Source: an uncultured bacterium (GTDB lineage: Bacteria > Verrucomicrobiota > Verrucomicrobiia > Limisphaerales > UBA8199). Taken from it: a stretch of DNA of 64,000 nt. The notes beneath the pieces were generated by a model. It was given only the letters and a program-made list of their open reading frames with translations, ran no database searches and was not told the DNA's origin. The position numbers were made by a program, and so were the translations under genes. Below are positions 1-9,118 of this stretch, piece after piece (the first letter of the stretch is position 1; the number at the start of each line of letters is the position of its first letter). The stretch is from assembly GCA_963749495.1 (NCBI GenBank), contig CAVVMW010000028.1, positions 1-64,000 of the forward strand. Reading direction: 5' to 3'.

Positions 1-23
1 GCCGAGCGACTCTGTCAATGGCC
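1..23. repeat. Right end of a ~199-bp MITE-like element (partial third copy)
   Basis: gccgagcgactctgtcaatggcc matches the 3' ends of the copies at 4735-4932 and 23848-24046. Confidence 0.7.
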
Positions 24-113
24 CGGGGGTTCCTCCAGGTGTGCAACCCGTTTGGGGCGAACACCGCTTGGTCCTCCGCCTCAGGCCAGGGCTGAGGCTG
101 GCACGCTGGCGTT

Positions 114-338
114 CAGGCCGAAGGCCTGATTCATACCAGCCCAGGGCAAGGCCAGCCGGAGCGCAGCGCAGGCGGGCCGCCGCCCTGGGTCCACCGCACA
201 TTGCATTCTGTTGCAGGCCAACGGCCTGCTTCATAAGGCTCCCGGAGGATGAATCGCGCTTTCAGCGCTCCAGGTGATCATTGGCGGCTGTTCCCAGGGC
301 GTTGCTCTGGGCTGGTATGAACGACGCCTTTGGCGTCC
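114..338. repeat. REP-like paired palindromic repeat
   Basis: ttcataccagcccagggcaa ... ttgctctgggctggtatgaa inverted arms, with small aggcc-N-ggcct hairpins. Confidence 0.55.
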
Positions 339-499
339 AGAGCACGGACCGCCGGTTCCATCCGGCACCAGAGGGATTCTGTCGTGCGCCCCGCGACAGA
401 GAGCGCCGCCCCAAAACCACGCCTAACCAACCCTCCCCTGCAAACCATGCCGGAAGAACCGGACGCGCTCAATTCCCATGCCAATCGAGAGGACATAGA

Positions 500-559
500 G
501 AACCACGGAACACACGGAAGGGGGCCTTTTTCCGTGTATTCCGTGTGTTCCGTGGTTCT
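500..559. repeat. Inverted array of a 9-bp (A)CACGGAA-type repeat
   Basis: aaccacggaacacacggaa ... ttccgtgtattccgtgtgttccgtggtt; same family at 34640-34668. Confidence 0.65.
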
Positions 560-696
560 CAAAAACGCTTAACCGAGGATTTGGGGCCGCCTTGCACTCT
601 TGCTCCCGCAGCCCTCCTGGTACACAATGCCCCGATGACGCCGAGCCTGAACCTCCAGCGCGTCCTGATCAAGTTGCGCCGGAGAGACCCTGTCTT

Positions 697-1851
697 ATGA
701 GCCTCACGACCTTTTCCTTTCCGACACCGACCCTGTTCGGCCCCGGCGCTCTGAGCGAGTTGCCGGCGCGCTGCCGCCGTTTGGGGATCCGCCGCGCGCT
801 GGTCGTCACAGACCCCGGCTTGCTCTCCACCACCGCGTTTCAAGCCCTGGTCAAAACTCTGGGCGAGGCCGCGCGAGACAAAGACTGGTTTACTTATTCC
901 GGCGTGCACCCGAACCCGGTCGAGCAGGACGTGCGCGAAGCCGCCGCAGCCTTCCGTGCCAACCACTGCGACGCGGTCATCGCGATCGGCGGCGGCAGCC
1001 CTCTGGACGCGGGCAAAGCGGCCCGGCTCCTGGTCAAGCGCCCCAATCTGGATTTTGCCCGGTTCTACGACGAATCCGATTGGTCCGGCCTCGCTCCGTT
1101 CATCGCCATCCCCACGACCGCCGGGACTGGCAGCGAGGTCGGGCGCAGTGCCGTCATTACCTTGGGTGCAACCCGCCGCAAAGCGGTCTTGTTCCACCCC
1201 GAATTGCTCGCCAATGTGGTCATCCTTGACCCCGAGTTGACCGTCTGCCTGCCGCCAAAGCTCACCGCGGCAACCGGCGCCGACGCCCTCACCCATTGCG
1301 TCGAGTCCTACACCTGCCCCGTTTTTCACCCGATGTGCGACGGCATCGCGTTGGAAGGGATACGACTGATTGTCGAGGCCCTGCCGCGCGCTTTCCGCGA
1401 CGGCGGGGACCTGGACGCCCGCGGCAAAATGCTCGCCGCTGCCGCCATGGGAGCAGTCGCCTTTCAAAAGGACCTGGGCGTGGTCCACTCCCTGGCTCAT
1501 CCGCTCTCGACGATTTGCGGCCTCCACCATGGACTGGCCAACGCCCTCTGCCTGGTCGCCGGCATGAGGTTCTGCGCCGCCCGCAGACCGGGTATCTATC
1601 GGCGCGTTGGGGACGCCTGCGGCCTGGAGGTGTTCCGGTGCTCGGACCCCGAAGCGGACGACCTAACCATCGCCTTCATGACCCAATTCCTCGCCGGTCT
1701 GGGCCTGAACACCCGTCTGCGCGAGCACGGCGTGAGCGCCACGCAACTCGATGCCCTGGTCGCCCAGGCCATAGAAGACCCGTGCCATAAAACCAACGTT
1801 GTTCCTGTGACCGAGGATGATTTTCGAAATCTCTATCTTCAAGTCCTATGA
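697..1851 (+). CDS. Iron-containing alcohol dehydrogenase
   Basis: GGGSPLD, PTTAGTGSE, DALTHCVE, HSLAH and HHG motifs; ATG at 697. Confidence 0.93.
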   Translation: MSLTTFSFPTPTLFGPGALSELPARCRRLGIRRALVVTDPGLLSTTAFQALVKTLGEAARDKDWFTYSGVHPNPVEQDVREAAAAFRANHCDAVIAIGGGSPLDAGKAARLLVKRPNLDFARFYDESDWSGLAPFIAIPTTAGTGSEVGRSAVITLGATRRKAVLFHPELLANVVILDPELTVCLPPKLTAATGADALTHCVESYTCPVFHPMCDGIALEGIRLIVEALPRAFRDGGDLDARGKMLAAAAMGAVAFQKDLGVVHSLAHPLSTICGLHHGLANALCLVAGMRFCAARRPGIYRRVGDACGLEVFRCSDPEADDLTIAFMTQFLAGLGLNTRLREHGVSATQLDALVAQAIEDPCHKTNVVPVTEDDFRNLYLQVL

Positions 1852-3278
1852 CAATTCCCTCACAGCTCTTCGTTGATGGCGCCTCCCGCGAGGGCGCTTC
1901 CGGCCAACGCACTACCCTCATCAATCCCGCGACCGAGGAATCGTTCGGCTCGGTCGCGGCAGCCGAGCTCGAGGACGTGAACCGGGCCGTCGAGTCGGCC
2001 CAGCGCGCCTGGGAGTCCGGCTGGCGCGATCTGAGTCCGGGCAAACGCAGCGAGACCCTCTACCGAGTCGCGCGCGTCTTGCGGGAGAACCTGGAATGGC
2101 TGGCGCAGCTCGAGACCCTGCACATCGGCAAGCCGATCGTCGATGCGCGCGATGAGGCCGGGCTGGGCGCGCGCGTGTTCGAGTTTTATGCGGGCGCGGT
2201 CACGCAGTTCGGCGGCCAGACGCTCCCGGTAGCGCGGGGCGGATTCGACTTCACGTTGCGCCAGCCCATGGGGGTCGTGGCCTGCATCGTGCCGTGGAAT
2301 TTCCCGTTCCCGATCGCCTGTTGGAAAGCCGCCCCGGCGCTGGCCGCCGGCAATTGCGTCGTCCTCAAGCCCGCTTCGCTCTCGCCCCTGACCGCGCTGG
2401 CCTTGGGCGAATTAGCGCATCGCGCCGGCCTGCCGCCTGGGGTGCTCCAGGTGCTGCCCGGTTCGGGCGCCGCCGTCGGCGAGGCCCTGGCTACCCACCC
2501 GTTCATTCGCAAGGTCTCGTTCACCGGCTCGACCGGCGTCGGCCGTCGCATCATGGAGCTGGCGGCGCGTGACCTCAAACGAGTTTCGCTCGAGTTGGGC
2601 GGCAAGTCTCCCAACATCATCTTTGCCGATGGCGACTGGCAGCGCGCTGCCCAAACCTCGCCGATGAGCGTCTTTGCCAACACGGGCCAGGATTGCTGCG
2701 CCCGCAGCCGCGTCTTTGTCGAACGCCCGGTCTATGAGTCGTTCGTCGAGAGCTTTGTCGCCGCTACCGGCAAGCTGGTGGTCGGCGACCCAACGCAGCC
2801 TGAGACCCAGCTCGGGCCGTTGGTTTCCGCTGCCCAACGCGCCACGGTCGAGGACTACCTTTCGGACGCGCGCGCGAACAGGGCCCGGTTTGCCTTCGGA
2901 GGGAACCGCTGTCAGGCGCGAGGCTATTATCTTCAGCCAACGGTGCTGCTGGACGTGGAGAAGAGCCAGCGTTGCTGGCGTGAGGAGATCTTCGGACCCG
3001 TGGTCTGCATCGCGCCCTTTGACGATGAACAGCAGATGCTCCGGGAGGTGAACGCTTCCCCTTATGGCCTGAGCGGCTCCCTCTGGACCAACGACCTTCG
3101 CCGTGCCCTGCGCGTCGCGCGCGTGGTCGAGAGCGGCGTGCTCAGCATCAACTCCCACAGCAGCGTCCATGTCGAAGCCCCCTTCGGCGGCTTCAAACAG
3201 AGCGGTCTGGGCCGCGATCTCGGCATGGCGGCGATGGAAGGCTACACGGAACTCAAGAATGTCTATGTGGCGGAGTGA
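1848..3278 (+). CDS. Aldehyde dehydrogenase (PuuC/betaine-aldehyde-like)
   Basis: PWNFP, FTGST, LELGGKSP, GQDCC, EEIFGPV and PFGGFKQSG motifs; ATGA overlap with upstream gene. Confidence 0.95.
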   Translation: MTIPSQLFVDGASREGASGQRTTLINPATEESFGSVAAAELEDVNRAVESAQRAWESGWRDLSPGKRSETLYRVARVLRENLEWLAQLETLHIGKPIVDARDEAGLGARVFEFYAGAVTQFGGQTLPVARGGFDFTLRQPMGVVACIVPWNFPFPIACWKAAPALAAGNCVVLKPASLSPLTALALGELAHRAGLPPGVLQVLPGSGAAVGEALATHPFIRKVSFTGSTGVGRRIMELAARDLKRVSLELGGKSPNIIFADGDWQRAAQTSPMSVFANTGQDCCARSRVFVERPVYESFVESFVAATGKLVVGDPTQPETQLGPLVSAAQRATVEDYLSDARANRARFAFGGNRCQARGYYLQPTVLLDVEKSQRCWREEIFGPVVCIAPFDDEQQMLREVNASPYGLSGSLWTNDLRRALRVARVVESGVLSINSHSSVHVEAPFGGFKQSGLGRDLGMAAMEGYTELKNVYVAE

Positions 3279-4666
3279 CGTGTGTCATGAACCTCCAGAC
3301 CCTCAAAACCCAAATCCGTTCCGGCGCCATTGACACGGTGCTCGTCGCCCTGCCCGACCCCTTTGGCCGCCTGGTGGGCAAACGGTTTCGCGCCGAGGTC
3401 TTCCTCGACTCCGTGGCCAGGCACGGCACCCACTGCTGCAATTACCTGCTCACCGTCAACCTCGAGATGGACCCCCTCGACGGTTTCAAGGTGGCAAGCT
3501 GGGACGCCGGTTTCGGCGATTTCACTCTGCGCCCGGATCTCGGGACCCTGCGGTGCCTGCCCTGGCAGCCTGCGACCGCCCTGGTGATTTGCGATCATCT
3601 GCGGCCCGACGGTTCGTTGGTCGCGGAAGCGCCGCGCTCGGTTTTGAGCCGCCAACTCGACCGCCTGGCCGCAAGGGGACTCACCTGCGCCTGCGCCAGT
3701 GAATTGGAGTTCTATCTGTTCAACCAAACCTACCATTCGGCCTTCATGGCTGGCTACCGCGACCTTCAGCCCTCCAGCGATTACCGCATCAACTATCATC
3801 TCATGCAGCCTGCGCGTGATGAACCGCTCCTGCGCGCCATCCGCAACGGCATGACCCGGGCGGACATCCCCATCGAAAGCAGCAAAGGTGAATGGAGCCG
3901 CGGCCAGCACGAGATCAATTTCACCTATGCCGACCCGCTTGCCATGGCCGACCGGCACGTGCTCTTCAAACAGGGCATCAAGGAGATCGCCGACCAGCAT
4001 GGCAAAGCTATTTCCTTCATGGCCAAATACGCTCCCACCGAGGCTGGCAACTCCTGCCATATCCACCTGAGTCTCTGGAAGGGCGGACGCAATTTGTTCT
4101 GGAGCCCCGGCGAACCCGCCAAGCGCGGCCCCTCGAAATCCGGGCCTCGCTGCGGTTCTGACCTTTTCCGCCAGTTCCTAGGTGGTCTGCTGAAATACTC
4201 ACCCGAGCTCTGCCTCTTCTTCGCTCCCACCATCAACAGCTATAAACGCTACCAGGCCGGGAGTTGGGCCCCTACCCGCATGGCCTGGGCCCTGGATAAC
4301 CGCACGGTGGGATTTCGCGTCGTCGGCCAGAAGAACGCCTTTCGCATCGAAAACCGGATGCCGGGCGCCGATGCCAACCCGTACCTTGCGTTCGCGGCCA
4401 TGCTCGCCGCCGGCCTGGCCGGCGTGGATGAGAGGCTCGATTGCGGGGAGGCCTACTCGGGCAATGCTTACGTGGATGACCGGCTGCACCGTCTTCCTGG
4501 CAGCCTTCGAACCGCCGCCGCTCTATTGGACCGCTCGAAGCTCGCGCGCTCCGCCCTGGGGGATGCCGTCGTTGATTTCTACCTCCACCACGCCCGCCTC
4601 GAAGCCGACGCCTTCGATAACGCTGTCACCGACTGGGAAAAACTCCGTTACTTCGAACGGATCTGA
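3275..4666 (+). CDS. Glutamine synthetase family protein (gamma-glutamyl-amine ligase, PuuA-like)
   Basis: GRLVGK, ELEFYLF, GQHEI, GNSCHIHLS, NSYKR, DNRT and IENRMPGADANPY motifs; alternative start ATG 3287. Confidence 0.93.
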   Translation: MTCVMNLQTLKTQIRSGAIDTVLVALPDPFGRLVGKRFRAEVFLDSVARHGTHCCNYLLTVNLEMDPLDGFKVASWDAGFGDFTLRPDLGTLRCLPWQPATALVICDHLRPDGSLVAEAPRSVLSRQLDRLAARGLTCACASELEFYLFNQTYHSAFMAGYRDLQPSSDYRINYHLMQPARDEPLLRAIRNGMTRADIPIESSKGEWSRGQHEINFTYADPLAMADRHVLFKQGIKEIADQHGKAISFMAKYAPTEAGNSCHIHLSLWKGGRNLFWSPGEPAKRGPSKSGPRCGSDLFRQFLGGLLKYSPELCLFFAPTINSYKRYQAGSWAPTRMAWALDNRTVGFRVVGQKNAFRIENRMPGADANPYLAFAAMLAAGLAGVDERLDCGEAYSGNAYVDDRLHRLPGSLRTAAALLDRSKLARSALGDAVVDFYLHHARLEADAFDNAVTDWEKLRYFERI

Positions 4667-4734
4667 GCCCATGCAAAAGTGGATTTTGCCGGAGCCAAAG
4701 GCCAGGAGAACCTGGGGCGGGCGCAATGCTGGAG

Positions 4735-4932
4735 GGCAGTTGACAAAGCCGTAGCGCAGGTTTCCAAACCTGCTGTATCGCCGATTTCCAATCGGCAGGG
4801 CGTCGGCATGTCGAGCGCCCCCGGTTTGCGGATGGCCTGCGTGTTTGGAAACCCGCGATACAGCAGGTTTGAAAACCTGCGCTACGCTGGCGCCCCTGGC
4901 GCCCGGCGCGCCGAGCGACTTTGTCAATGGCC
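4735..4932. mobile_element. MITE-like element with terminal inverted repeats and an internal REP-like hairpin
   Basis: Ends ggcagttgacaaag / ctttgtcaatggcc; internal gtagcgcaggtttccaaacctgc...gcaggtttgaaaacctgcgctac; near-identical copy at 23848-24046. Confidence 0.75.
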
Positions 4933-4999
4933 CTGCTTGAGTCCGCTGGCGGAGCAGTCGCGCCTTGCCAGGACACCCAACGGGATGCAGACTGCAGGC

Positions 5000-5221
5000 A
5001 TGAGCAAAGAACTGGTCTTCCATGTGGAGCAGGAGGAAGAGATGCTGGTGGCGGTTTGCCACGAGCCGGAAATGGCTACGCAAGGAGGCAATCTGGAAGA
5101 GCTCATCGGCATGGTCCGCGACCTCGTCCGGTGCCGCTTCGACGCTGGGGACGAGCGGCTGAGGTGGCAGATTCGCCTTCACTTTGTCCAGGACCCGGTA
5201 TTGCCGGCACAAGTCGTGTGA
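5000..5221 (+). CDS. HicB-like antitoxin
   Basis: 73 aa, MATQGGNLEELIGMVRDLVRC pattern; coupled (GTGA) to a HicA-like gene. Confidence 0.75.
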   Translation: MSKELVFHVEQEEEMLVAVCHEPEMATQGGNLEELIGMVRDLVRCRFDAGDERLRWQIRLHFVQDPVLPAQVV

Positions 5222-5433
5222 AGCTGCGGCGCGATCTTTCAGGACCAGACGTGTGTCGCGCCCTGAAGCGTCTGGGTTTCGACTTCCTTCGCCGAACAGG
5301 TTCCCATTGCCATTATGCCAAAGGGCCCCTCCATCCTTGCGTGCCAATGCACCGGGACATCAAACCGAAAACGCTCCAGTCGATTCTGCGGCAGGCGAAC
5401 ATCTCGCTTGACGATTTGCTGGAGCACCTATGA
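5218..5433 (+). CDS. hicA: HicA family toxin
   Basis: VCRALKRLGF...RRTGSH...VPMHRDIKPKTLQSILRQA, the HicA signature. Confidence 0.85.
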   Translation: MKLRRDLSGPDVCRALKRLGFDFLRRTGSHCHYAKGPLHPCVPMHRDIKPKTLQSILRQANISLDDLLEHL

Positions 5434-5489
5434 AGCGCGGAGTGAGGACGTAGTCCCCCCGCTCTGCGTCCGGCAGGACCCGCATTGAT

Positions 5490-5529
5490 CGACGAGCTCG
5501 CGGTACGTCATCCCGGTGAGCCGGCTCAT
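5490..5529 (-). pseudogene. Truncated HicA-like toxin N-terminus
   Basis: ATGA-coupled to hicB; reads MSRLTGMTYRELV and then loses resemblance. Confidence 0.45.
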
Positions 5530-5798
5530 GCGGGCTGTAGTGAAAGGGCGACCGGAATCGCTGCCGTGGAGACACGCTGCGAATTCTTGATGGCCTTGCG
5601 CACGGCCGGCGGGAGCGGGTCGCCATGTTCCAGATGCGACTCGATGAGCCGGCGCGCCACATCCTGCGCGATCTCCATGGTCTCCGCCCGGGTTCGGCCT
5701 TGCGCAACCAGACCCGGCAAACCGGGGCTCGTGGCCAGGAATCCCCCTTCGTCAAGAGGTTCGATGCGCAGCTTCAGGTAAAATTCTCCATCTCGCAT
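5526..5798 (-). CDS. hicB: HicB family antitoxin
   Basis: IEPLDEGGFLATSPGLPGLVAQGRTRAETMEIAQDV...GDPLP. Confidence 0.85.
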   Translation of the reverse strand: MRDGEFYLKLRIEPLDEGGFLATSPGLPGLVAQGRTRAETMEIAQDVARRLIESHLEHGDPLPPAVRKAIKNSQRVSTAAIPVALSLQPA

Positions 5799-5986
5799 AG
5801 GGGAAAGATAGGAGGTGCGGACATGTTTGCAAGCGCCAACGAGGGTCGGCCCCGTGAAAGGGGGCAGTAAATTAGAATGTAATATTCCGTTGACGGCTGA
5901 ATGGGCCGGCCGTTACTCACCCGCGCAGCGTCAATAGCCGGCGGCGCAGCAAAAAAGCAAATTCCCATCAGTTATCAGTTTGTTCC

Positions 5987-6566
5987 CTACCATTCCCACC
6001 CCTTGAACAGGTCGGCGACGGGACAGGAGAAGCCGGGCAGGAGGTGCTCGCCGGCGAGCAAGCCGCCGGAGCCAAGAATTTGGCGGTCTGTGGGCGAATG
6101 ACACACCTCCACAAATTGTTCGTCGGGATGAACGATCCACGCGATTTGAGTCCCACTGCTGAAGAAGTCGCGCAACCTTTCGTCGGTCTCAACGCGAGTA
6201 TTGCCGGGTGACAAGACCTCGACGGCCAAGTCGGGCGCGCCAGGGAAGAAAGTCTTGGCATCCGGCCTGAAGCCCAGGCGGAGCAGGCGCTCCTTGAGAA
6301 CGAAGGAGACATCAGGCGCTCGGCAATTTCTATTCTTCATCCAAAAACCAAGACTGGAGCCAAAAACAGCGCCGAGCCGATGCGCGCGGTTGAAGCTTTC
6401 GAGGGCGAAGTTCAACCGTTCGCAGATTTGCTCGTGCTGAAAATTGTTCTTGGGGCTCGATAACGAGTTCGCCGTTGACCACCTCATGCAGGTAGCCATC
6501 GTCCGGCAAGGCCTGAATCTCGGCCTCAGTCCAGATTTTCGCCGCTGGTTCGGTCACCGCGCTCAT
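5987..6566 (-). CDS. Uma2 family endonuclease (frameshift near 6458)
   Basis: WTEAEIQALPDDG-HEVVNGELVI in one frame; APDVSFV, APDLAVEVLSP and LLPGF in the next. Confidence 0.85.
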
Positions 6567-6630
6567 GACTGGAAGCCTATGCCGGGCAGCCGAAGGTGTC
6601 AATGCGGGGCAGGCGGGCTGCCCGGTTCTT

Positions 6631-6920
6631 CTATTCCGCGGCCACCATCCATCCCCAAGGCAGCGCGAGGATCTCGGTGCCCAGGGGACGAGTTTGACCG
6701 GCGTGGAACACCGCAGTGCGCACGAGCGGCGATTTCGTCTTGAGCGAATCGCGAAATGCCCGATTGCCGGCGGCGTCGGCGCCGGTCACCCTGCTGGCGG
6801 TTTTGGTTTCCAGCGCGACCAGTTTCCCGGCCTGTTCGAGGATGAAATCAACCTCGTGTCCCGAGCGGTCGCGCCAGAAATGGAGTTTGCGCTCAAAGGG
6901 CTCCAGCGCGCGCCAGACTT
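6631..6920 (-). pseudogene. C-terminal remnant of an AAA-ATPase/DUF4143-type protein
   Basis: Manual translation LHFWRDRSGHEVDFILEQAGKLVALETK...ILALPWGWMVAAE*; no N-terminus or start codon. Confidence 0.7.
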
Positions 6921-6994
6921 GAGAAGCTGGCGCACGAGCAGCCGGCCCCCGTCACGTCCACCCAGGACAAGCTCTTGTGAGTCAAAAAGCGAGG

Positions 6995-7024
6995 TTGACA
7001 AATGGTTCACATTTGGTATACATT
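6995..7024 (+). promoter_or_regulatory. Sigma70-like promoter overlapping repeated operator-like motifs
   Basis: TTGACA, then TATACA/TACATT just before ATG 7031; caaatg/catttg inverted and acatttgg direct repeats. Confidence 0.55.
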
Positions 7025-7030
7025 TGGCTC

Positions 7031-7885
7031 ATGAAGACGTTACTGGTCACAACTCCGAGGGCCAAAATTGAAGCCGAAGCCGTTCGCGACCTTATTCCGG
7101 AGCCGCTGGCAGGTTGGCATATTGAAGCGCTGCCGTCTGGCTCCCTCAACCAAACGGTGGCCTGCCCTGATGTCACTTTGGTGCAAATAGACGACGACAC
7201 CAAACCAGCCGACTTGAAGGCCATCATGCCTCGCCTGGTTCAAATTCAGGCGAGAGGGTATAAGCCCTCGTACGTCTTGTTTTCCATTAAGAAACCGAAG
7301 CCCACGACCCGCGCCCGGCAGTCGCAGCAGCGGATCTCCTCCGCACTTAATCAGATCACCCTTCAGTTGCCGACGTTTCCAAACCCGCAGCTCGTGGACG
7401 TCACATTCGCGCAGACTCCAGTGGATATTGCTGCCCAGTTGACCCATATCGGCTCGAAACTCGATCTCTCACTGCAAATACTGGATCTGCAACTCCCCAA
7501 AGCGGTGCCACGCCCAAGCCCTCTCGACCGGGTAAAAGAGGTCCTGCGTGCAACCGAAGATCTCCGTGTGTCCAACGGCAATTTATCGGCGGCGGCCGTT
7601 GCCACTGCATTTGGAGTCAGTGTCAACCAGCTTGCGGCATGGCTTGGCCGTTCCCGACAAGCGCTCAGTAAAACGCCTGACGCGGATACCCTTCAGGACC
7701 CACTCAGCTTCTTCGAGCGCGTTGCCCGGCTTCGTGCTGTCCTTGCAAAAGGGCAGTTTTTGAAGTGGCTCCGGATGCCAAACCCGGAACTGGACGGCCA
7801 GACGCCACTGGCACTTCTCGCCAGTGGTGAGCGCCAGGTTGTGGCCGACTTGGTGGACGACATGCTGACAGGAGCGCCTGCCTGA
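7031..7885 (+). CDS. Xre/MbcA/ParS-type antitoxin with long N-terminal extension
   Basis: HTH-like segment (VNQLAAWLGRSRQAL) and C-terminal WLRMPNPELDGQTPLALL. Confidence 0.8.
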   Translation: MKTLLVTTPRAKIEAEAVRDLIPEPLAGWHIEALPSGSLNQTVACPDVTLVQIDDDTKPADLKAIMPRLVQIQARGYKPSYVLFSIKKPKPTTRARQSQQRISSALNQITLQLPTFPNPQLVDVTFAQTPVDIAAQLTHIGSKLDLSLQILDLQLPKAVPRPSPLDRVKEVLRATEDLRVSNGNLSAAAVATAFGVSVNQLAAWLGRSRQALSKTPDADTLQDPLSFFERVARLRAVLAKGQFLKWLRMPNPELDGQTPLALLASGERQVVADLVDDMLTGAPA

Positions 7886-8040
7886 ACTCCCACCTTGAAT
7901 CGCTCAAAGCCGTCCTCGCAGTCGCTCCCGCCCTGCAGGTGAAAACGCGCTTGGCCCGCCTCGTACCATTTAACGACCTCGTCGCACACAACCCACCCAA
8001 CTGGCTTTCCACCTCCGGCAAGCCCAACCGATACGGTTCG
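7882..8040 (+). pseudogene. Truncated RES-domain toxin
   Basis: Overlaps the antitoxin stop; reads ...RLARLVPF...WLSTSGKPNRY (RES N-terminal G-x-R-F/Y-like motif), then breaks. Confidence 0.55.
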
Positions 8041-8170
8041 GATCCTGGGGCCGACGGCCAAGCCTCTCCAGGAGTGGCCCTGAGCGGCCATGGATCAATG
8101 GCCCTGCTTGAGTCCCGCTGGCGGAGCAGTTGCGCCTTGCCAGGACACCCAACGGGATCAGACTGCAAGC

Positions 8171-8390
8171 ATGGGCAAAGAACTGGTCTTCGATGTGGAG
8201 CAGGACCAAGAGATGCTGGTGGCGGTTTGCCACGAGCCGGAAATGGCTACGCAAGGAGGCAATCTGGAAGAGGCTCATCAGCATGGTCCGCGACCTCGTC
8301 CGGTGCCGCTTCGACGATGGGGACGAGCGGCTGAGTTGGCCGATCCGCCTTCACTTTGTGCAGGACCCTGTATTGCGGGCCAGCAGGGTT
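8171..8390 (+). pseudogene. Second, frameshifted copy of the HicB-like gene, without its hicA
   Basis: 8095-8375 is near-identical to 4924-5203; extra base near 8272. Confidence 0.75.
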
Positions 8391-8412
8391 TCCGTGAGCC
8401 GACGAAAGCGGG

Positions 8413-8856
8413 CTACTCCGGCTTGCGGGTATAGGTCACCAGATAGAGCCGCGTGCCCGGGACAGTCTTGAACTCTGCGGGGCGCTTCTTCCCCGAAAGG
8501 TCGTAGCAGATCCGGAGGGTCCCGCCCGCCAGTTCATAAATGGCGGGGAAAGTCTTGCCATGGTTGGGTCCGTCCGTGCCGGCGATGGTCATGCTCTTGG
8601 GCTTCGTGGAGGGATCGATGGTGTAAGTGCCCCTGTCCGGCTGGCCCGCGACCGAGACATCATACCTGCCGTTGTCGAGTTTGAGGCGGATCGTTTTCAG
8701 GACGTCGTCCGTCATGGGCTGTCCGGCCAGCTCGGCCTTGACGGGCACCCAACTGCCCTGGACCGCCCGGACGTTGGTTTGGCCGGCGGGTGGGGCGGCG
8801 GCGAGGGAGGTCAAGGCCGCGGCCACGAGGAGCCCGAAGCCGAGGGGAGGTTTCAC
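8413..8856 (-). CDS. TIGR03067-type exported protein
   Basis: Signal peptide, then QGSW...GTYTIDPSTKPK...AIYELAGGTLRICY...RPAEF; start uncertain (8856 or 8892). Confidence 0.8.
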   Translation of the reverse strand: MKPPLGFGLLVAAALTSLAAAPPAGQTNVRAVQGSWVPVKAELAGQPMTDDVLKTIRLKLDNGRYDVSVAGQPDRGTYTIDPSTKPKSMTIAGTDGPNHGKTFPAIYELAGGTLRICYDLSGKKRPAEFKTVPGTRLYLVTYTRKPE

Positions 8857-9118
8857 CAGGTGCGCGGGGAGGTCAACATTAAGGATATGCATACTATGTA
8901 TAACATTGAGTCACACCACCATACGTTCCGGGGGAGGAAAATGCAAGTCGAACATGCCCGGAATGCTCCGCCACGATCGCGCATCTGCGCATCCAGGCCC
9001 GTCGAGGGGGTCAGTAAATGAGATTGATTCCGGCAGGCGTTGTTCGCCTGTCTGCGAGTTTCTGCCCTCTCTGCCCTGCCCCAGCAGCCGCGTCGGGAAA
9101 CTCGCTGAGAGCAACCGC

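Noticed and set aside
635..700. 21-codon uORF overlapping the ADH start as a leader peptide
   Set aside because: No tell-tale codon run or attenuator structure is visible, and it is likely chance.
4679..4999. N-terminal extension of the 180-aa ORF 4679-5221
   Set aside because: It is a translation of the MITE; the real gene most likely starts at ATG 5000, as in the second copy at 8171.
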